From: a virus
Taxonomy: Duplodnaviria; Caudoviricetes
DNA: 64,000 nucleotides
Virus record (IMG/VR): IMGVR_UViG_3300028833_000053
Strand: one strand, 5' to 3'
The position numbers and the translations under genes are program-made. Numbering within the stretch: position 1 is the first letter of the stretch; every line of letters begins with the position of its first letter. Below are positions 42,294 through 51,522 of this stretch, piece after piece. The notes under the pieces are model-generated. The model had not been told where the DNA came from, did not search any database, and worked only from the letters and a program-made list of their open reading frames with translations.

Positions 42294-42602
42294 TCAATTT
42301 TCACGCTTGAAAAATTCCCAGTTGTCGTTCCAGCAATCGCATTGGCAATACACCACCTGCGCATAGCCCTTGTTCAGCAGATTGTCCTTGAACTTGTCCC
42401 AATCCACGATTGTAGGTCCGTGGTCAAGGGTAGTCTCTTCGTCCTTGAACCACCCAATGCGCCTGCGCACCTGACCAAGGACATGCGCCCATGCCGCTTC
42501 CTTCGTCGGAAAGTGCCAATACTTCTCGTCCTCGATGTCACCGCGCCACCAATAGTGGATGACATATTTGTTGCGTTTGCGATTCCTCTGACGGTTGCTC
42601 AT
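42294..42602 (-). CDS. Hypothetical protein
   Basis: AAGGAG RBS; promoter upstream. Confidence 0.65.
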   Translation of the reverse strand: MSNRQRNRKRNKYVIHYWWRGDIEDEKYWHFPTKEAAWAHVLGQVRRRIGWFKDEETTLDHGPTIVDWDKFKDNLLNKGYAQVVYCQCDCWNDNWEFFKREN

Positions 42603-42632
42603 TTTCAACTCCTTGTTTCCTTCAACACCAAC

Positions 42633-42661
42633 AGTATATCATATCCGGGAGGGAAAGTCAA
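42633..42661 (-). promoter_or_regulatory. Early sigma70-type promoter
   Basis: TTGACT-17-TATACT, then GTTGGTGTT. Confidence 0.7.
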
Positions 42662-42686
42662 GGGGGTTTCCGCTCAAATTTTTACT

Positions 42687-42890
42687 TCAAAACTCGGTGA
42701 CGTTGCCATCCTTGTCCTCAACGGCAACCGGGGTACGCTCCATAACCACAAGGTCTTGATTGAAGTTGATGTCGGTGGTCGGCCATTCCTGCATTGCCTG
42801 TTCAATGGCATCCTCCGGCGAGTTTGCCAGGATGGGCAGTGTCACGGTGCCAAACACCTCGTAGGTGACTTTGTATGGTTTCATTTCCAT
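42687..42890 (-). CDS. Hypothetical protein
   Basis: MEMKPYKV...A.SPEDAIE. Confidence 0.6.
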   Translation of the reverse strand: MEMKPYKVTYEVFGTVTLPILANSPEDAIEQAMQEWPTTDINFNQDLVVMERTPVAVEDKDGNVTEF

Positions 42891-42891
42891 T

Positions 42892-43191
42892 TCATTTTCC
42901 TTTCCGCTTGTTGGACATTTTGGAGCTGCCCTTGAAGTCGGGATGCTTCCTGCGCCATTCAACGAACTTGCGCATCCTCGGCTCGGCAAGCAGAGCCTCC
43001 TTGGTGTTGTAGAGGGTCTTCAATTCGTAGTTGGAGAACAGGGCGTGTATCTGCGAATGGCACTCTGTGCATACCCAGAGGAAATTGCCCTCGTCCGTCT
43101 TGAGGTACTTGTTCTTGTGGCGTGATTGCGAAACTGGTATAAGATGATGTACCGTCAGTTCGCATTCGTTCCCACACAATTCACACTTCAT
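42892..43191 (-). CDS. Small HNH protein
   Basis: CELCG..LTVHHLIP...CTECHSQIH. Confidence 0.8.
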   Translation of the reverse strand: MKCELCGNECELTVHHLIPVSQSRHKNKYLKTDEGNFLWVCTECHSQIHALFSNYELKTLYNTKEALLAEPRMRKFVEWRRKHPDFKGSSKMSNKRKGK

Positions 43192-43847
43192 TTGTCAGCT
43201 CCTTTTTGACGTGCTTCAATGTTTTCTATGATTCTCTCACATGTTTGCGCCAGTCTTGAATTGTAGTAGTCAGACACCGCTTGTGCTTCTTTTACGTCAC
43301 GTTCTCTGAACTTTTCAGCTAGCCTGGTCAAATTGTTTGCATACTCAGCCCCGGCATATATGAAAATGCAAAAATGATAGCCGCACTTGTTTCCATGCCA
43401 GTTTGAACGGTATTGTAACCTATTTGACAGGCTGTCAAAGATGCCATGAAGCGTCCATGTCACGCAATCATGCTTTGTTAGCCTCCAGACGTCTCCGCCG
43501 CATTCGTCATAGAGATTGCATAGCACTTCATACATGTCCTTGAACCTGAAGAACTTGTAGGTTGGTATTATGTAGTAATACGCCAAGCATTTGCCCAAGT
43601 CGTAGTGTTCTGTATCAATTTTGCCTATGTCCTCAAATATGGGAATTGTCTTGATTCCGTAAATCAGGTCATTGCTTGTGAAATCTCTCAAATCATAAGC
43701 AGGAGGTATGTCGCCTTGTTCAAGACGATATTGGCTGTATTTAATTTTGTTAGCTATGATTTGCTTCACCATGGCTGCAATTTCATCATTCACTTTAGTT
43801 GTCTTCTTCGTCTTCTTGCCTGTTTCTTCATCGTTTATCATACACAT
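43188..43847 (-). CDS. Hypothetical protein
   Basis: Long ORF within the operon. Confidence 0.65.
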   Translation of the reverse strand: MCMINDEETGKKTKKTTKVNDEIAAMVKQIIANKIKYSQYRLEQGDIPPAYDLRDFTSNDLIYGIKTIPIFEDIGKIDTEHYDLGKCLAYYYIIPTYKFFRFKDMYEVLCNLYDECGGDVWRLTKHDCVTWTLHGIFDSLSNRLQYRSNWHGNKCGYHFCIFIYAGAEYANNLTRLAEKFRERDVKEAQAVSDYYNSRLAQTCERIIENIEARQKGADK

Positions 43848-44190
43848 ACCTCGCTCTTCCAAGCATCCTCATCGTCTTTCCATCTATGTTAGTTCTCTTC
43901 AATGGCTTTTCGTCCTGGGAAAACAAGGTTATACGTAAAGCCAACAATCCCATCATTCTCCCAATATGGACATCCACTATCCTGCTTGTAAGGGACTTGT
44001 CCATCAAAAAGCAAAACAAATCGTCTTTCATCTTTTTTCCATGGAAGCCATTGACCCAAGCGCAGCCCAATGTATCAAGGTTGTTGCTGTGGGAATACAC
44101 GTCCACGCTAACAACATTACTTGTCTTGCTTTCCTTTACCAAATTCCTCAACTGGGAATTCAGTTCCTTTCTGGTGATTGTTTTCCTCAT
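43828..44190 (-). CDS. LFELS/TNI paralogue family member 8
   Basis: TRKEL, FLMDKSL..RIV, RTNIDG. Confidence 0.65.
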   Translation of the reverse strand: MRKTITRKELNSQLRNLVKESKTSNVVSVDVYSHSNNLDTLGCAWVNGFHGKKMKDDLFCFLMDKSLTSRIVDVHIGRMMGLLALRITLFSQDEKPLKRTNIDGKTMRMLGRARYVYDKR

Positions 44191-44312
44191 AATAACTTCT
44201 CCAGCCATCCCATCTTGCAGATTAACGCAACCAAGCCAAGTCCAAGAACCATTCCGATCAACATGCCAGCCAACTGGCATAGGACGGAAACCAAAATGTG
44301 CTTTTTGCCCAT
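44187..44312 (-). CDS. Small membrane peptide (41 aa)
   Basis: MGKKHILVSVLCQLAGMLIGMVLGLGLVALICKMGWLEKLL; ATGA overlap. Confidence 0.5.
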   Translation of the reverse strand: MGKKHILVSVLCQLAGMLIGMVLGLGLVALICKMGWLEKLL

Positions 44313-44316
44313 GTCG

Positions 44317-44505
44317 TCATACCTCCAGTTTCATAACGGACTGGGACATCACACCCCAGTTGTGTCCGGTCACTTTCATGATGCGTCCCTTGATTTCCTT
44401 GATTGTGCCTTTCGCCAACAGCACCTTGCTTCCGTAGCCGGCGACCTTCTTGATGTACACAACCTTGTCGCCGACCTTGACTTCCTGATTGAATGCGTCA
44501 GTCAT
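44317..44505 (-). CDS. KOW/SH3-like small protein
   Basis: DAFNQEVKVGDKVVY, similar to the 38698-39209 pair. Confidence 0.6.
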   Translation of the reverse strand: MTDAFNQEVKVGDKVVYIKKVAGYGSKVLLAKGTIKEIKGRIMKVTGHNWGVMSQSVMKLEV

Positions 44506-44870
44506 TTCATTGCCTTTCCGGTTCCATCGTACTCAAACCTCGTTTCCATTATACGCTCCATGAATTCACCATCAATGTTCGTTTGATATTCCTTGTCGGG
44601 CATGACTGTCAAGTTCACGCAGATTGAACTGTCCTTCGTGAACTTGACGTTCCCATACGAAATGTTTACGATTCTGTGGGTGAAGGACAAGTCCATCAAC
44701 CGCGCCACAACCTTCTCCTTCTCGGAAAGCATCTCCCTCTCGTCAATGTACATCACACCATCCTCGTCGGAGAAATTAATGGTGAACATCAAGACGGGAC
44801 TGACAGAAGATGCCATTTTCACGTCTTCAAGCTGCCTGAGAAGTTTCTTTCTGGTTGGTCGCTTCAACAC
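44502..44870 (-). CDS. LFELS/TNI paralogue family member 7
   Basis: TRKKL, RLMDLSF.HRIV, QTNIDG. Confidence 0.65.
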   Translation of the reverse strand: MLKRPTRKKLLRQLEDVKMASSVSPVLMFTINFSDEDGVMYIDEREMLSEKEKVVARLMDLSFTHRIVNISYGNVKFTKDSSICVNLTVMPDKEYQTNIDGEFMERIMETRFEYDGTGKAMK

Positions 44871-45220
44871 GCAACCCCCTTCTGGAATTCAAGTTTGGAA
44901 ATCGCGTCAATGAAATGGCTGTCTATGTTCGTGGTTGAGTTGTCATCGTTCTCAACAAGGAAGATGTAGCAGTAGGGATACATGTCACTTGGCCGGATTC
45001 CACATACGCTGTAGGAAAGGGATTTTTCAAAGAGGAATGAAACAAGGGATTCGGTGTCCCAAACAACCTCATCGTATCCCCTCTCCACTTTGCCATCCAA
45101 CTGGCACAGGTAGAACTGAACCAGAGCAACCTTGTACCCACGCGAAAACTTCCGCAGGACTGGCTTCAAGCATCTGAACAGTTCAGTCCTTGTCAATGCT
45201 CCGTTGTCTGAGTTCATCAC
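44864..45220 (-). CDS. LFELS/TNI paralogue family member 6
   Basis: TRTEL, FLFEKSL, LVEN...TTNID. Confidence 0.65.
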   Translation of the reverse strand: MMNSDNGALTRTELFRCLKPVLRKFSRGYKVALVQFYLCQLDGKVERGYDEVVWDTESLVSFLFEKSLSYSVCGIRPSDMYPYCYIFLVENDDNSTTNIDSHFIDAISKLEFQKGVAC

Positions 45221-45544
45221 TCAACCTCCCCACTGCCTTTTCAGAAAATCAAGGACGGCATCAATGCTCTCTGAATCCAAATTCGTGTTCAGGTATTGAT
45301 GGAGATTTTGCAGATTCAACGTCACGCAATACGTACCAATTGGTTTTATGCCACAACATCCAACACTGGACACGCCATGTGAAAGCGAAAGTTCAAACAG
45401 AAGCCCGGCCACGGTGTCTATGTCATGGCACTCGTATGTTTTCTCCAACTTCCATTCGTTCCAGACCAACACGCAAAACCGTAGTCGGTAAATGTCCGAA
45501 ACTGACAAGGCGTTGATTTCCTCTATGAACTTCTGCTTCGTCAT
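45221..45544 (-). CDS. LFELS/TNI paralogue family member 5
   Basis: LLFELSL, NTNLD. Confidence 0.65.
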   Translation of the reverse strand: MTKQKFIEEINALSVSDIYRLRFCVLVWNEWKLEKTYECHDIDTVAGLLFELSLSHGVSSVGCCGIKPIGTYCVTLNLQNLHQYLNTNLDSESIDAVLDFLKRQWGG

Positions 45545-45550
45545 TTCAAT

Positions 45551-45850
45551 TCACACGTCTAGTCTTGATGACTTGAGGTCCGAAAGCCCCTTGATGGGAA
45601 CGCTCACGACACCCTTGGTGGTGTCAATCTCATTGCGGGTCAGATGCCAGAAATTCCACTCCACCGTCTCGCCATTGTCAAACTTCGGCTGGCACAAGGG
45701 TATTGCCTTGTATACGCCACCAAATCCATCAACAATGATAGCCCATTCATGGTCTATTCCGGCGCCGACACCGCAGGAGCACACGATATCCCCGACTTCA
45801 TATTCGGGGACGCGCTCTTCAACCACTTTCTTTTTCGTAAGCACTTTCAT
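45551..45850 (-). CDS. Hypothetical protein
   Basis: 99-aa ORF within the operon. Confidence 0.65.
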   Translation of the reverse strand: MKVLTKKKVVEERVPEYEVGDIVCSCGVGAGIDHEWAIIVDGFGGVYKAIPLCQPKFDNGETVEWNFWHLTRNEIDTTKGVVSVPIKGLSDLKSSRLDV

Positions 45851-45865
45851 TTCAATCTTCCCGTG

Positions 45866-46087
45866 TCACTGCTTCTCAAAACTCTTCTGCTTGATTGCTA
45901 CTTTTCCACGCAAGTCCGGCTGGTCAAAGATAATGCCTCTCCTTGCCAGTTCGGCCAGTCCTCTTGTGGTGTACTCCGTAAGGCGAAACTTCGTATCAAT
46001 GTTGAACACCGCCCATTTGCCCTGGTCTTTGAGACGCGCCTTTGGCGTACGGTGTATCTTCCGAATCCTTGGAACTGCCTTGTCCAT
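45866..46087 (-). CDS. Small basic hypothetical protein
   Basis: GAGGGGG RBS before MDKAVPR. Confidence 0.55.
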   Translation of the reverse strand: MDKAVPRIRKIHRTPKARLKDQGKWAVFNIDTKFRLTEYTTRGLAELARRGIIFDQPDLRGKVAIKQKSFEKQ

Positions 46088-46097
46088 CGTTTCCCCC

Positions 46098-46967
46098 TCA
46101 CCCAAGCAGATACTTCTTGATGAATGACTTCTTGGTTTCATCGTCAAACTGCGTCAGCTTCTCAAAGTACGCCATGAACAAATCCTCCTTGGAATCAAAC
46201 CCAGTCTTCTCAAAGAAGTAGTCAAGTCCCTCCTGGTTGAAGAGACGTTCCACGAACAGGGCAAGGCGGGCGTTGAACTTGTAGGAGTTGCCGACAACCT
46301 TGTTGATTTCCGCGAAAATCTGCTTGTGGCTCTTCTTGGTCTGGAACCAGTTGCGCACCCTCATCTTGTCCTTCTCGGTGGCATCGCTGCACCACTTCAT
46401 AATCCACGCCTTGAACTCAGCGGCCTTGTCGTCAGTCAAGCCCTCGTCAGTGTGGTCTGAGTCAAAGTCCGCGTCTTCCATCTTGGACACGTCAAGCAGC
46501 TTGTTGCCAGGAATGTGGAGGTCTGCGCAGGAAATGAGGATTCCAGTGATTTTGGGGTACTTGCGCATCACGGAGGCAAGGCACGGACCATACTTCTTGT
46601 ACCATGAATCAGTGGGCATCACTCCGTCCTTCGTGAACAGAATTATCTCTGACCAAATCCAAAGGGCGGCAAACTCATACGCCTTGTATGCGTTGATTCG
46701 GGTTGGGGCAAGTCCATTTAACTCGTCCATGTCAATGCCCTCGTCCTTGAGGTATTTCCTGACGAAAGTCAGCATCTTCAGCTTCGTCTCAAGGATGGTG
46801 TAGCTGCCATAGTCGTTGTGGTCAGGGACATCTTCGGCAATCAGCTCGCGGTGCTTTGACCATATTTCATCACGGGCTGCCACGTTGAAGTCTACGCCCC
46901 ACTGGAGGAACTTCTGCCGAATTTTGAAGCCCTTGGGCAGTTTGCGAACCTTGATTTCCTTGCACAT
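46098..46967 (-). CDS. Hypothetical early protein
   Basis: AGGAG RBS; GC3-rich codons; promoter upstream. Confidence 0.75.
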   Translation of the reverse strand: MCKEIKVRKLPKGFKIRQKFLQWGVDFNVAARDEIWSKHRELIAEDVPDHNDYGSYTILETKLKMLTFVRKYLKDEGIDMDELNGLAPTRINAYKAYEFAALWIWSEIILFTKDGVMPTDSWYKKYGPCLASVMRKYPKITGILISCADLHIPGNKLLDVSKMEDADFDSDHTDEGLTDDKAAEFKAWIMKWCSDATEKDKMRVRNWFQTKKSHKQIFAEINKVVGNSYKFNARLALFVERLFNQEGLDYFFEKTGFDSKEDLFMAYFEKLTQFDDETKKSFIKKYLLG

Positions 46968-47023
46968 GGAAAATTCTCCTGTTGAAGCACTCGTAGGGGG
47001 CTTCTTTCCCTCACAACACCAAC

Positions 47024-47052
47024 AGTATATCATATACCGATGGGGAAGTCAA
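47024..47052 (-). promoter_or_regulatory. Early sigma70-type promoter
   Basis: TTGACT-17-TATACT, then GTTGGTGTT. Confidence 0.7.
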
Positions 47053-47070
47053 TGGGGTCTGAGAATTAAA

Positions 47071-48243
47071 TCACAGCCCCAAAGCCTCCACCAAACGAGA
47101 CGTGAGCATCTTGTCAACGTACTCCTGCGCAGAGCGCACCATAGACTCTTCCTTCTTGGTCTTCGCGTAGACTGAATCAAAGTAGGCGAACGCGAACCCG
47201 GAATACGGACGGATGGTGTTGATGGTGAACACCCACTTGGCGAAGTTCTTCTTGGTGATGGTGTCCCATTCCACCTCCATCAGCTTGTCAATGGCCTCCT
47301 TCACATCCTCCAGATCCTTTACATAGGCATCGTACTTTGCCTTTACCACGTCAAATGCAGCCTTGAACTGGGGGAAGTACACGATGTACTCCGACACCTC
47401 GTTGGCGCGGAGAATCTCCAACACGCGGGTCGGAGACCACACGCCATTGCCAGCCATGTAGTGAAGCTGGACGTAGCGCGGCGACTTCACCTTCACGCGG
47501 TTGAAGTTGGCATCCACCACCACGTATCCCTCCTCATCCTCGGGAAGAATCTTCGCCGCCTCAACGCACTGGTCAATGTTGTGGATGGGGTAGATCTTGG
47601 GCGTGTCGAAAATCTCCGCAAGGGGATGGTCGCCGAAGAACGTTTCCTTGCAAGAAACGTTGTCGCGGACGCCAATGAAGTTCATCTTCGTCTCTTCCCA
47701 ACGCACCACCACCTGATTCCAGGGGGACGTAAGCTCAAAGATGTAGGTGAACCCGGGGGCGAACAGACGGGGGAAGTCCTCCGCCTTGATGCCATAATAC
47801 TTGAAGCCCTCCATGACCAACTCGCCAAATGAGTTGAACGGACAACCCACGTTCTCGGGCAAGTTGCACTTGAAAGCGTCAATCACGCCATTCGTGGAAA
47901 TGAGGAAGTTTCCATCGAGGTTCACAATCTTGATGATGGAACCGTCCAGCTTCTGCGTCACATACGCCGTGCGCCAATCCACCTCGGCCATCCAAGGCTC
48001 TCCATAGTTGAAGAACTTGACGAAGGGGAATGAAACGATTTCCAGCGTATTGGCATCCAGAACCAACCCACGGCACTCCTTCACGATGTCAAGGGAGAAG
48101 TCGGAGCGAATCTGGTCGTACTTGAGCAGAATCAAGTCACGTCCAAACACGTTGTCACGCGAAATTGAAATGCAATAGGGCTCCGACGAGAGCAGGCACT
48201 CCCAATCGGAATTTCCACGGATGAACTCTTGAACTTTCAACAT
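47071..48243 (-). CDS. RNA ligase (T4 Rnl1-like)
   Basis: ECRGLV, PFVKFFNYGE, QKLDGS, FELTSP, EGYVV, RVKVKS..Y. Confidence 0.9.
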   Translation of the reverse strand: MLKVQEFIRGNSDWECLLSSEPYCISISRDNVFGRDLILLKYDQIRSDFSLDIVKECRGLVLDANTLEIVSFPFVKFFNYGEPWMAEVDWRTAYVTQKLDGSIIKIVNLDGNFLISTNGVIDAFKCNLPENVGCPFNSFGELVMEGFKYYGIKAEDFPRLFAPGFTYIFELTSPWNQVVVRWEETKMNFIGVRDNVSCKETFFGDHPLAEIFDTPKIYPIHNIDQCVEAAKILPEDEEGYVVVDANFNRVKVKSPRYVQLHYMAGNGVWSPTRVLEILRANEVSEYIVYFPQFKAAFDVVKAKYDAYVKDLEDVKEAIDKLMEVEWDTITKKNFAKWVFTINTIRPYSGFAFAYFDSVYAKTKKEESMVRSAQEYVDKMLTSRLVEALGL

Positions 48244-48269
48244 GTCTTTTACTCCTTTGAACTACCTAC

Positions 48270-48298
48270 AGTATACCAAAAACGGCCCCGGAAGTCAA
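48270..48298 (-). promoter_or_regulatory. Early sigma70-type promoter
   Basis: TTGACT-17-TATACT, then GTAGG. Confidence 0.7.
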
Positions 48299-48345
48299 TA
48301 CCCCTTGGACCGTTTTTTATAACTTCAAATTTCAATTGTTTTGTG

Positions 48346-48588
48346 TCACATAATCATTTCAAAATGGAACGAATCCCAAATGGAAAAGCCCTTGTGGTAA
48401 ACCCCGGCGGCAATCTTCTCAACCGTCTCGGGTTCAACCTCAATGCCCATTTCCTCAAAGAACTCCTCAACCGCCTCCAGGAAGTCAACTCCACGCACTT
48501 CACGGTGATAAGCCACGCACATGTTCTTGCCGACGGCCTTCTTGTCAATGACAATCAGTCCAAGTTTTTTCGTTGATTGGTTCTTCAT
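48346..48588 (-). CDS. Hypothetical protein
   Basis: GAGGTG RBS. Confidence 0.65.
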   Translation of the reverse strand: MKNQSTKKLGLIVIDKKAVGKNMCVAYHREVRGVDFLEAVEEFFEEMGIEVEPETVEKIAAGVYHKGFSIWDSFHFEMIM

Positions 48589-48627
48589 ATAAATTCACCT
48601 CTTATTGATTCAAGAGTATTTACACCT

Positions 48628-48846
48628 TCACTTCACTTTTCCCATGGAACCGATCTTGTCAACAATGGCGTTGGCTTCCGTGAAGATGGTTTCAATGCGG
48701 GCAAGCAGAACCTTCTTGGTTGGCTTCTTGATGAGGTTGCTGTTCTCAATGGCGTTTTTCACTTCAAGCAGGGGATCGTTGCACTTCCTGAAGTTGTTTG
48801 ACACCGTTTCATACAAGTCTGTGATGGTCTCTTTATCCATGGACAT
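48628..48846 (-). CDS. Hypothetical protein
   Basis: AAGGA RBS; TTTACC-17-TATAAT upstream. Confidence 0.6.
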   Translation of the reverse strand: MSMDKETITDLYETVSNNFRKCNDPLLEVKNAIENSNLIKKPTKKVLLARIETIFTEANAIVDKIGSMGKVK

Positions 48847-48913
48847 TTCCTTTTAGATTTCAATTGGGTTATGTTCAATTATACCACAATCACCGGAAAT
48901 GGTAAATATCTTC

Positions 48914-49561
48914 ATGGCTAGTGAAACATATACATAGAACGCATCGAAGGACATTAACTTCAACCTCACGGAAAACACGTTTGAACGTGACTTGGAAGGA
49001 TTGGTGTTTGCGGGATGGAACAAGGACAGCCCCTGGACAAATGAAGTCCAATACACGGATTGTCAAGAAGTTCGCTTCTCCCAAAACACGAAGTTGTACG
49101 CGATTTGGAAAGAACCCGATTTCAACGTGGTGTACAAATTGCCAAATGAAACCGTTGTAAACTGGAGAAACTTCGAGGGTGGTACAATACCAAGCAAGTT
49201 CTTTAGTTCCTTGAATCCATCGGGAAACCCATTACCGGAAGTGGTCAAGATATATAATGGAGTTACAACCATCGCTGAACAATCGTTCTATGATTGCACC
49301 ACGTTGAAAAAAATTGCCATGGCACGTTGCGTAACAACCATAGGAAAAATGGCTTTTATGGGATGCGGCAAATTGACAGAGATGACAATACCAAGTTCGG
49401 TAACGTCCATAGGGCAAAACGCCTTTGGAAGCACAGGGATCAGAACCTTGACATTTGATGGTATGGACAAAGCAACTGTACAGGCTTTGCCAAACTACGG
49501 AAACTGGGGATTGGGTTCAGGATGCAAACTGAAATGCACGGATGGGGATTTAACCGTATAA
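48914..49561 (+). CDS. InlB B-repeat-like + BspA LRR protein (1 in-frame TAG)
   Basis: FAGWN...LYAIW, LRR IPSSVTSIG.NAF, C-terminal WGLG...CTDG; late motif at 48901-48908. Confidence 0.8.
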
Positions 49562-49597
49562 TTGAATTAGGCTCACAAAACGCAAAGGAACTTTACC

Positions 49598-49816
49598 ATG
49601 GACACCACCAACAAGATAATGATGTGCATTCTCGACGACCTTTATTCGGGAAATGGAACAAGGCTTGAAGCGGAATACTCCAAATACTACGAGTCGCTTG
49701 ACCCAGAACAGTCAAAGACGGTTGTGACCGACGCACTCAAGAAACTTTTGAACGAAAATTCTGACGCATCGTGCGATTTCGGGAACACAACCTTCACATT
49801 GACAACAGAAGGTTAA
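49598..49816 (+). CDS. Hypothetical protein
   Basis: AAGGA RBS. Confidence 0.6.
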   Translation: MDTTNKIMMCILDDLYSGNGTRLEAEYSKYYESLDPEQSKTVVTDALKKLLNENSDASCDFGNTTFTLTTEG

Positions 49817-50166
49817 AACTCCATTGATATTATAGGGATTTCAATTTTCCATCCCTTTTGGGGTTCATCTACCTCATCGTATCCGTAGTTTGGAAACATA
49901 AACTTATCTCTATATATTTTAGACTTCTCGGGATGCTCTATCCAATCCTTTACCCAACCCAAAACCCTGGAATCGGAATGGTTCAAGGGATTTGACATAT
50001 ACTCATTGACGTACTTCTTCACGTCCTCTGGCATTTCATAGTTGTGCGTCAAAATGAATTCACGGAACTCATCATCGGTGACTTCGGGAACTTGATTAAG
50101 GGACTCAATGTATTCTGGATTCAGAAACACTGAATCGGGATTTGTGCTGTCAATTTCGGTTTCCAT
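49813..50166 (-). CDS. Hypothetical protein
   Basis: Late motif at 50174-50181. Confidence 0.6.
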   Translation of the reverse strand: METEIDSTNPDSVFLNPEYIESLNQVPEVTDDEFREFILTHNYEMPEDVKKYVNEYMSNPLNHSDSRVLGWVKDWIEHPEKSKIYRDKFMFPNYGYDEVDEPQKGWKIEIPIISMEF

Positions 50167-50173
50167 GATACTA

Positions 50174-50197
50174 TATTTACCTTAGTTTTGGTAAATA
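50174..50197. promoter_or_regulatory. Divergent putative late promoter pair
   Basis: TATTTACC-ttagtttt-GGTAAATA inverted repeat. Confidence 0.6.
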
Positions 50198-50227
50198 ATA
50201 TAAACAACCTTAAACTGGGAAACAAAA

Positions 50228-50854
50228 ATGGCAATACACATACACACGTTAAATGGTGGAGACATCACCATAACAACTGGCGGTTCTACCCCCCCCCCAC
50301 CTACGGAACATCCCGAAACCAGATTCACACTTCAAGATGGAACCGTGGAGGAATATGACATTGAAGGAACACTTGACTTTCAATGGATGGCTGACAATGA
50401 GTTCGTTGATGTTAATGAATAGGTATGGCTAAAAACCATAACCGCAGTTGACATTGGAGTTGGCAGTCAAGAACATCCTTTGACGAGCATCGGGGAAGGG
50501 ACGTTCATGGGTTGCAGAGGACTTACGAATCTGACGATACCGGATTCCGTGACGAGCATCGAGGATCAAGCGTTCTACGGTTGCAGTGGTCTTACGAGCG
50601 TGACGATAGGCAGTGGCGTTACGTACATCGGGTGGGAGACGTTCGCCGTATGCAGCGGTCTTACGAGCATGACATTCAACAACTTTGACGTTTCAACTAC
50701 AAAAACCGAAATAACAAAGAGTTATATTTTAGGAACAGACTTCTATGATGAAAACTGGAATCGGATTGAAAAGACCATCCGTGTCAACTGCACAGATGGC
50801 TCGTTTGACATGACATTTGGAACAGACAGTTCAATAACATTCACAGACCTTTAA
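50228..50854 (+). CDS. BspA-type LRR protein (1 in-frame TAG)
   Basis: N-terminus MAI.I..L.GG.I shared with the gene starting at 4017; LRRs; V.CTDG end. Confidence 0.8.
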
Positions 50855-50925
50855 TGACAGTAACCATCATCATAAAACAACAAAGACCGGCTCTGTCAAT
50901 CATGAGCCAGCCTTTCTTCGTTAAA

Positions 50926-51010
50926 TGGGGCGGGGAATGATGAGGGCTTCTACCCCACCCCCAAGTTTACGACTCCGCTTGCGCGAATGAACTTGGAATA
51001 CTCTCCCCGC
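50926..51010 (-). ncRNA. 85-nt tRNA-like RNA with CCA end (non-cloverleaf)
   Basis: GCGGGGA/TCCCCGC stem + C-CCA; CCAAGTT/AACTTGG stem enclosing a GCAA-tetraloop hairpin; T-arm-like hairpin; same 3' trailer as the neighbouring tRNA. Confidence 0.55.
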
Positions 51011-51046
51011 AGGAGCAAGTGCTTTCTCGTTGCAACGATATTTCAA

Positions 51047-51502
51047 TTATACAGATTTCTTGGTCAACCTGAGCATAATCCATTTCCTGAACCATTCAGG
51101 CTCTTCCTCAACATGCTCGGCAAGTTTCCGTATCCTACGCTTCCCCAACCTTGAATCCAGAAGGGCAAGCATCCGAATGAAGTAGTTCTCGCTTGCAATG
51201 GCTTCGTCAATCGAGAGGACATTGAGGAACTGATGGACATATTTCATGGCTTCTCCCCAGGAATTTCCAACATACCCAGTGTCCCTAATGACATTGTTGG
51301 TTTCGTTGTTCTTCCAGCCCCTCTTTCCAAGTTCAGCCCAGAACCTTGGGTCAGTGCAGAACCAGACTTCTCCATCGACACGAATGGACATTGCCTGTAT
51401 CTCGCTATTGCCATCACGGTACACATTATAATAATATCCAACCCTTCCCCTCAAGTCCTCGGGAAGTCTGCTTTCCAACGTCTGTTTTGTCTTACTCCAC
51501 AT
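51047..51502 (-). CDS. Hypothetical protein
   Basis: MWSKTKQTLE.RL...LRGRV, ALLD.RLGKRR; AGGA RBS. Confidence 0.75.
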   Translation of the reverse strand: MWSKTKQTLESRLPEDLRGRVGYYYNVYRDGNSEIQAMSIRVDGEVWFCTDPRFWAELGKRGWKNNETNNVIRDTGYVGNSWGEAMKYVHQFLNVLSIDEAIASENYFIRMLALLDSRLGKRRIRKLAEHVEEEPEWFRKWIMLRLTKKSV

Positions 51503-51522
51503 GTCTATTTCCTATCGTTAAA

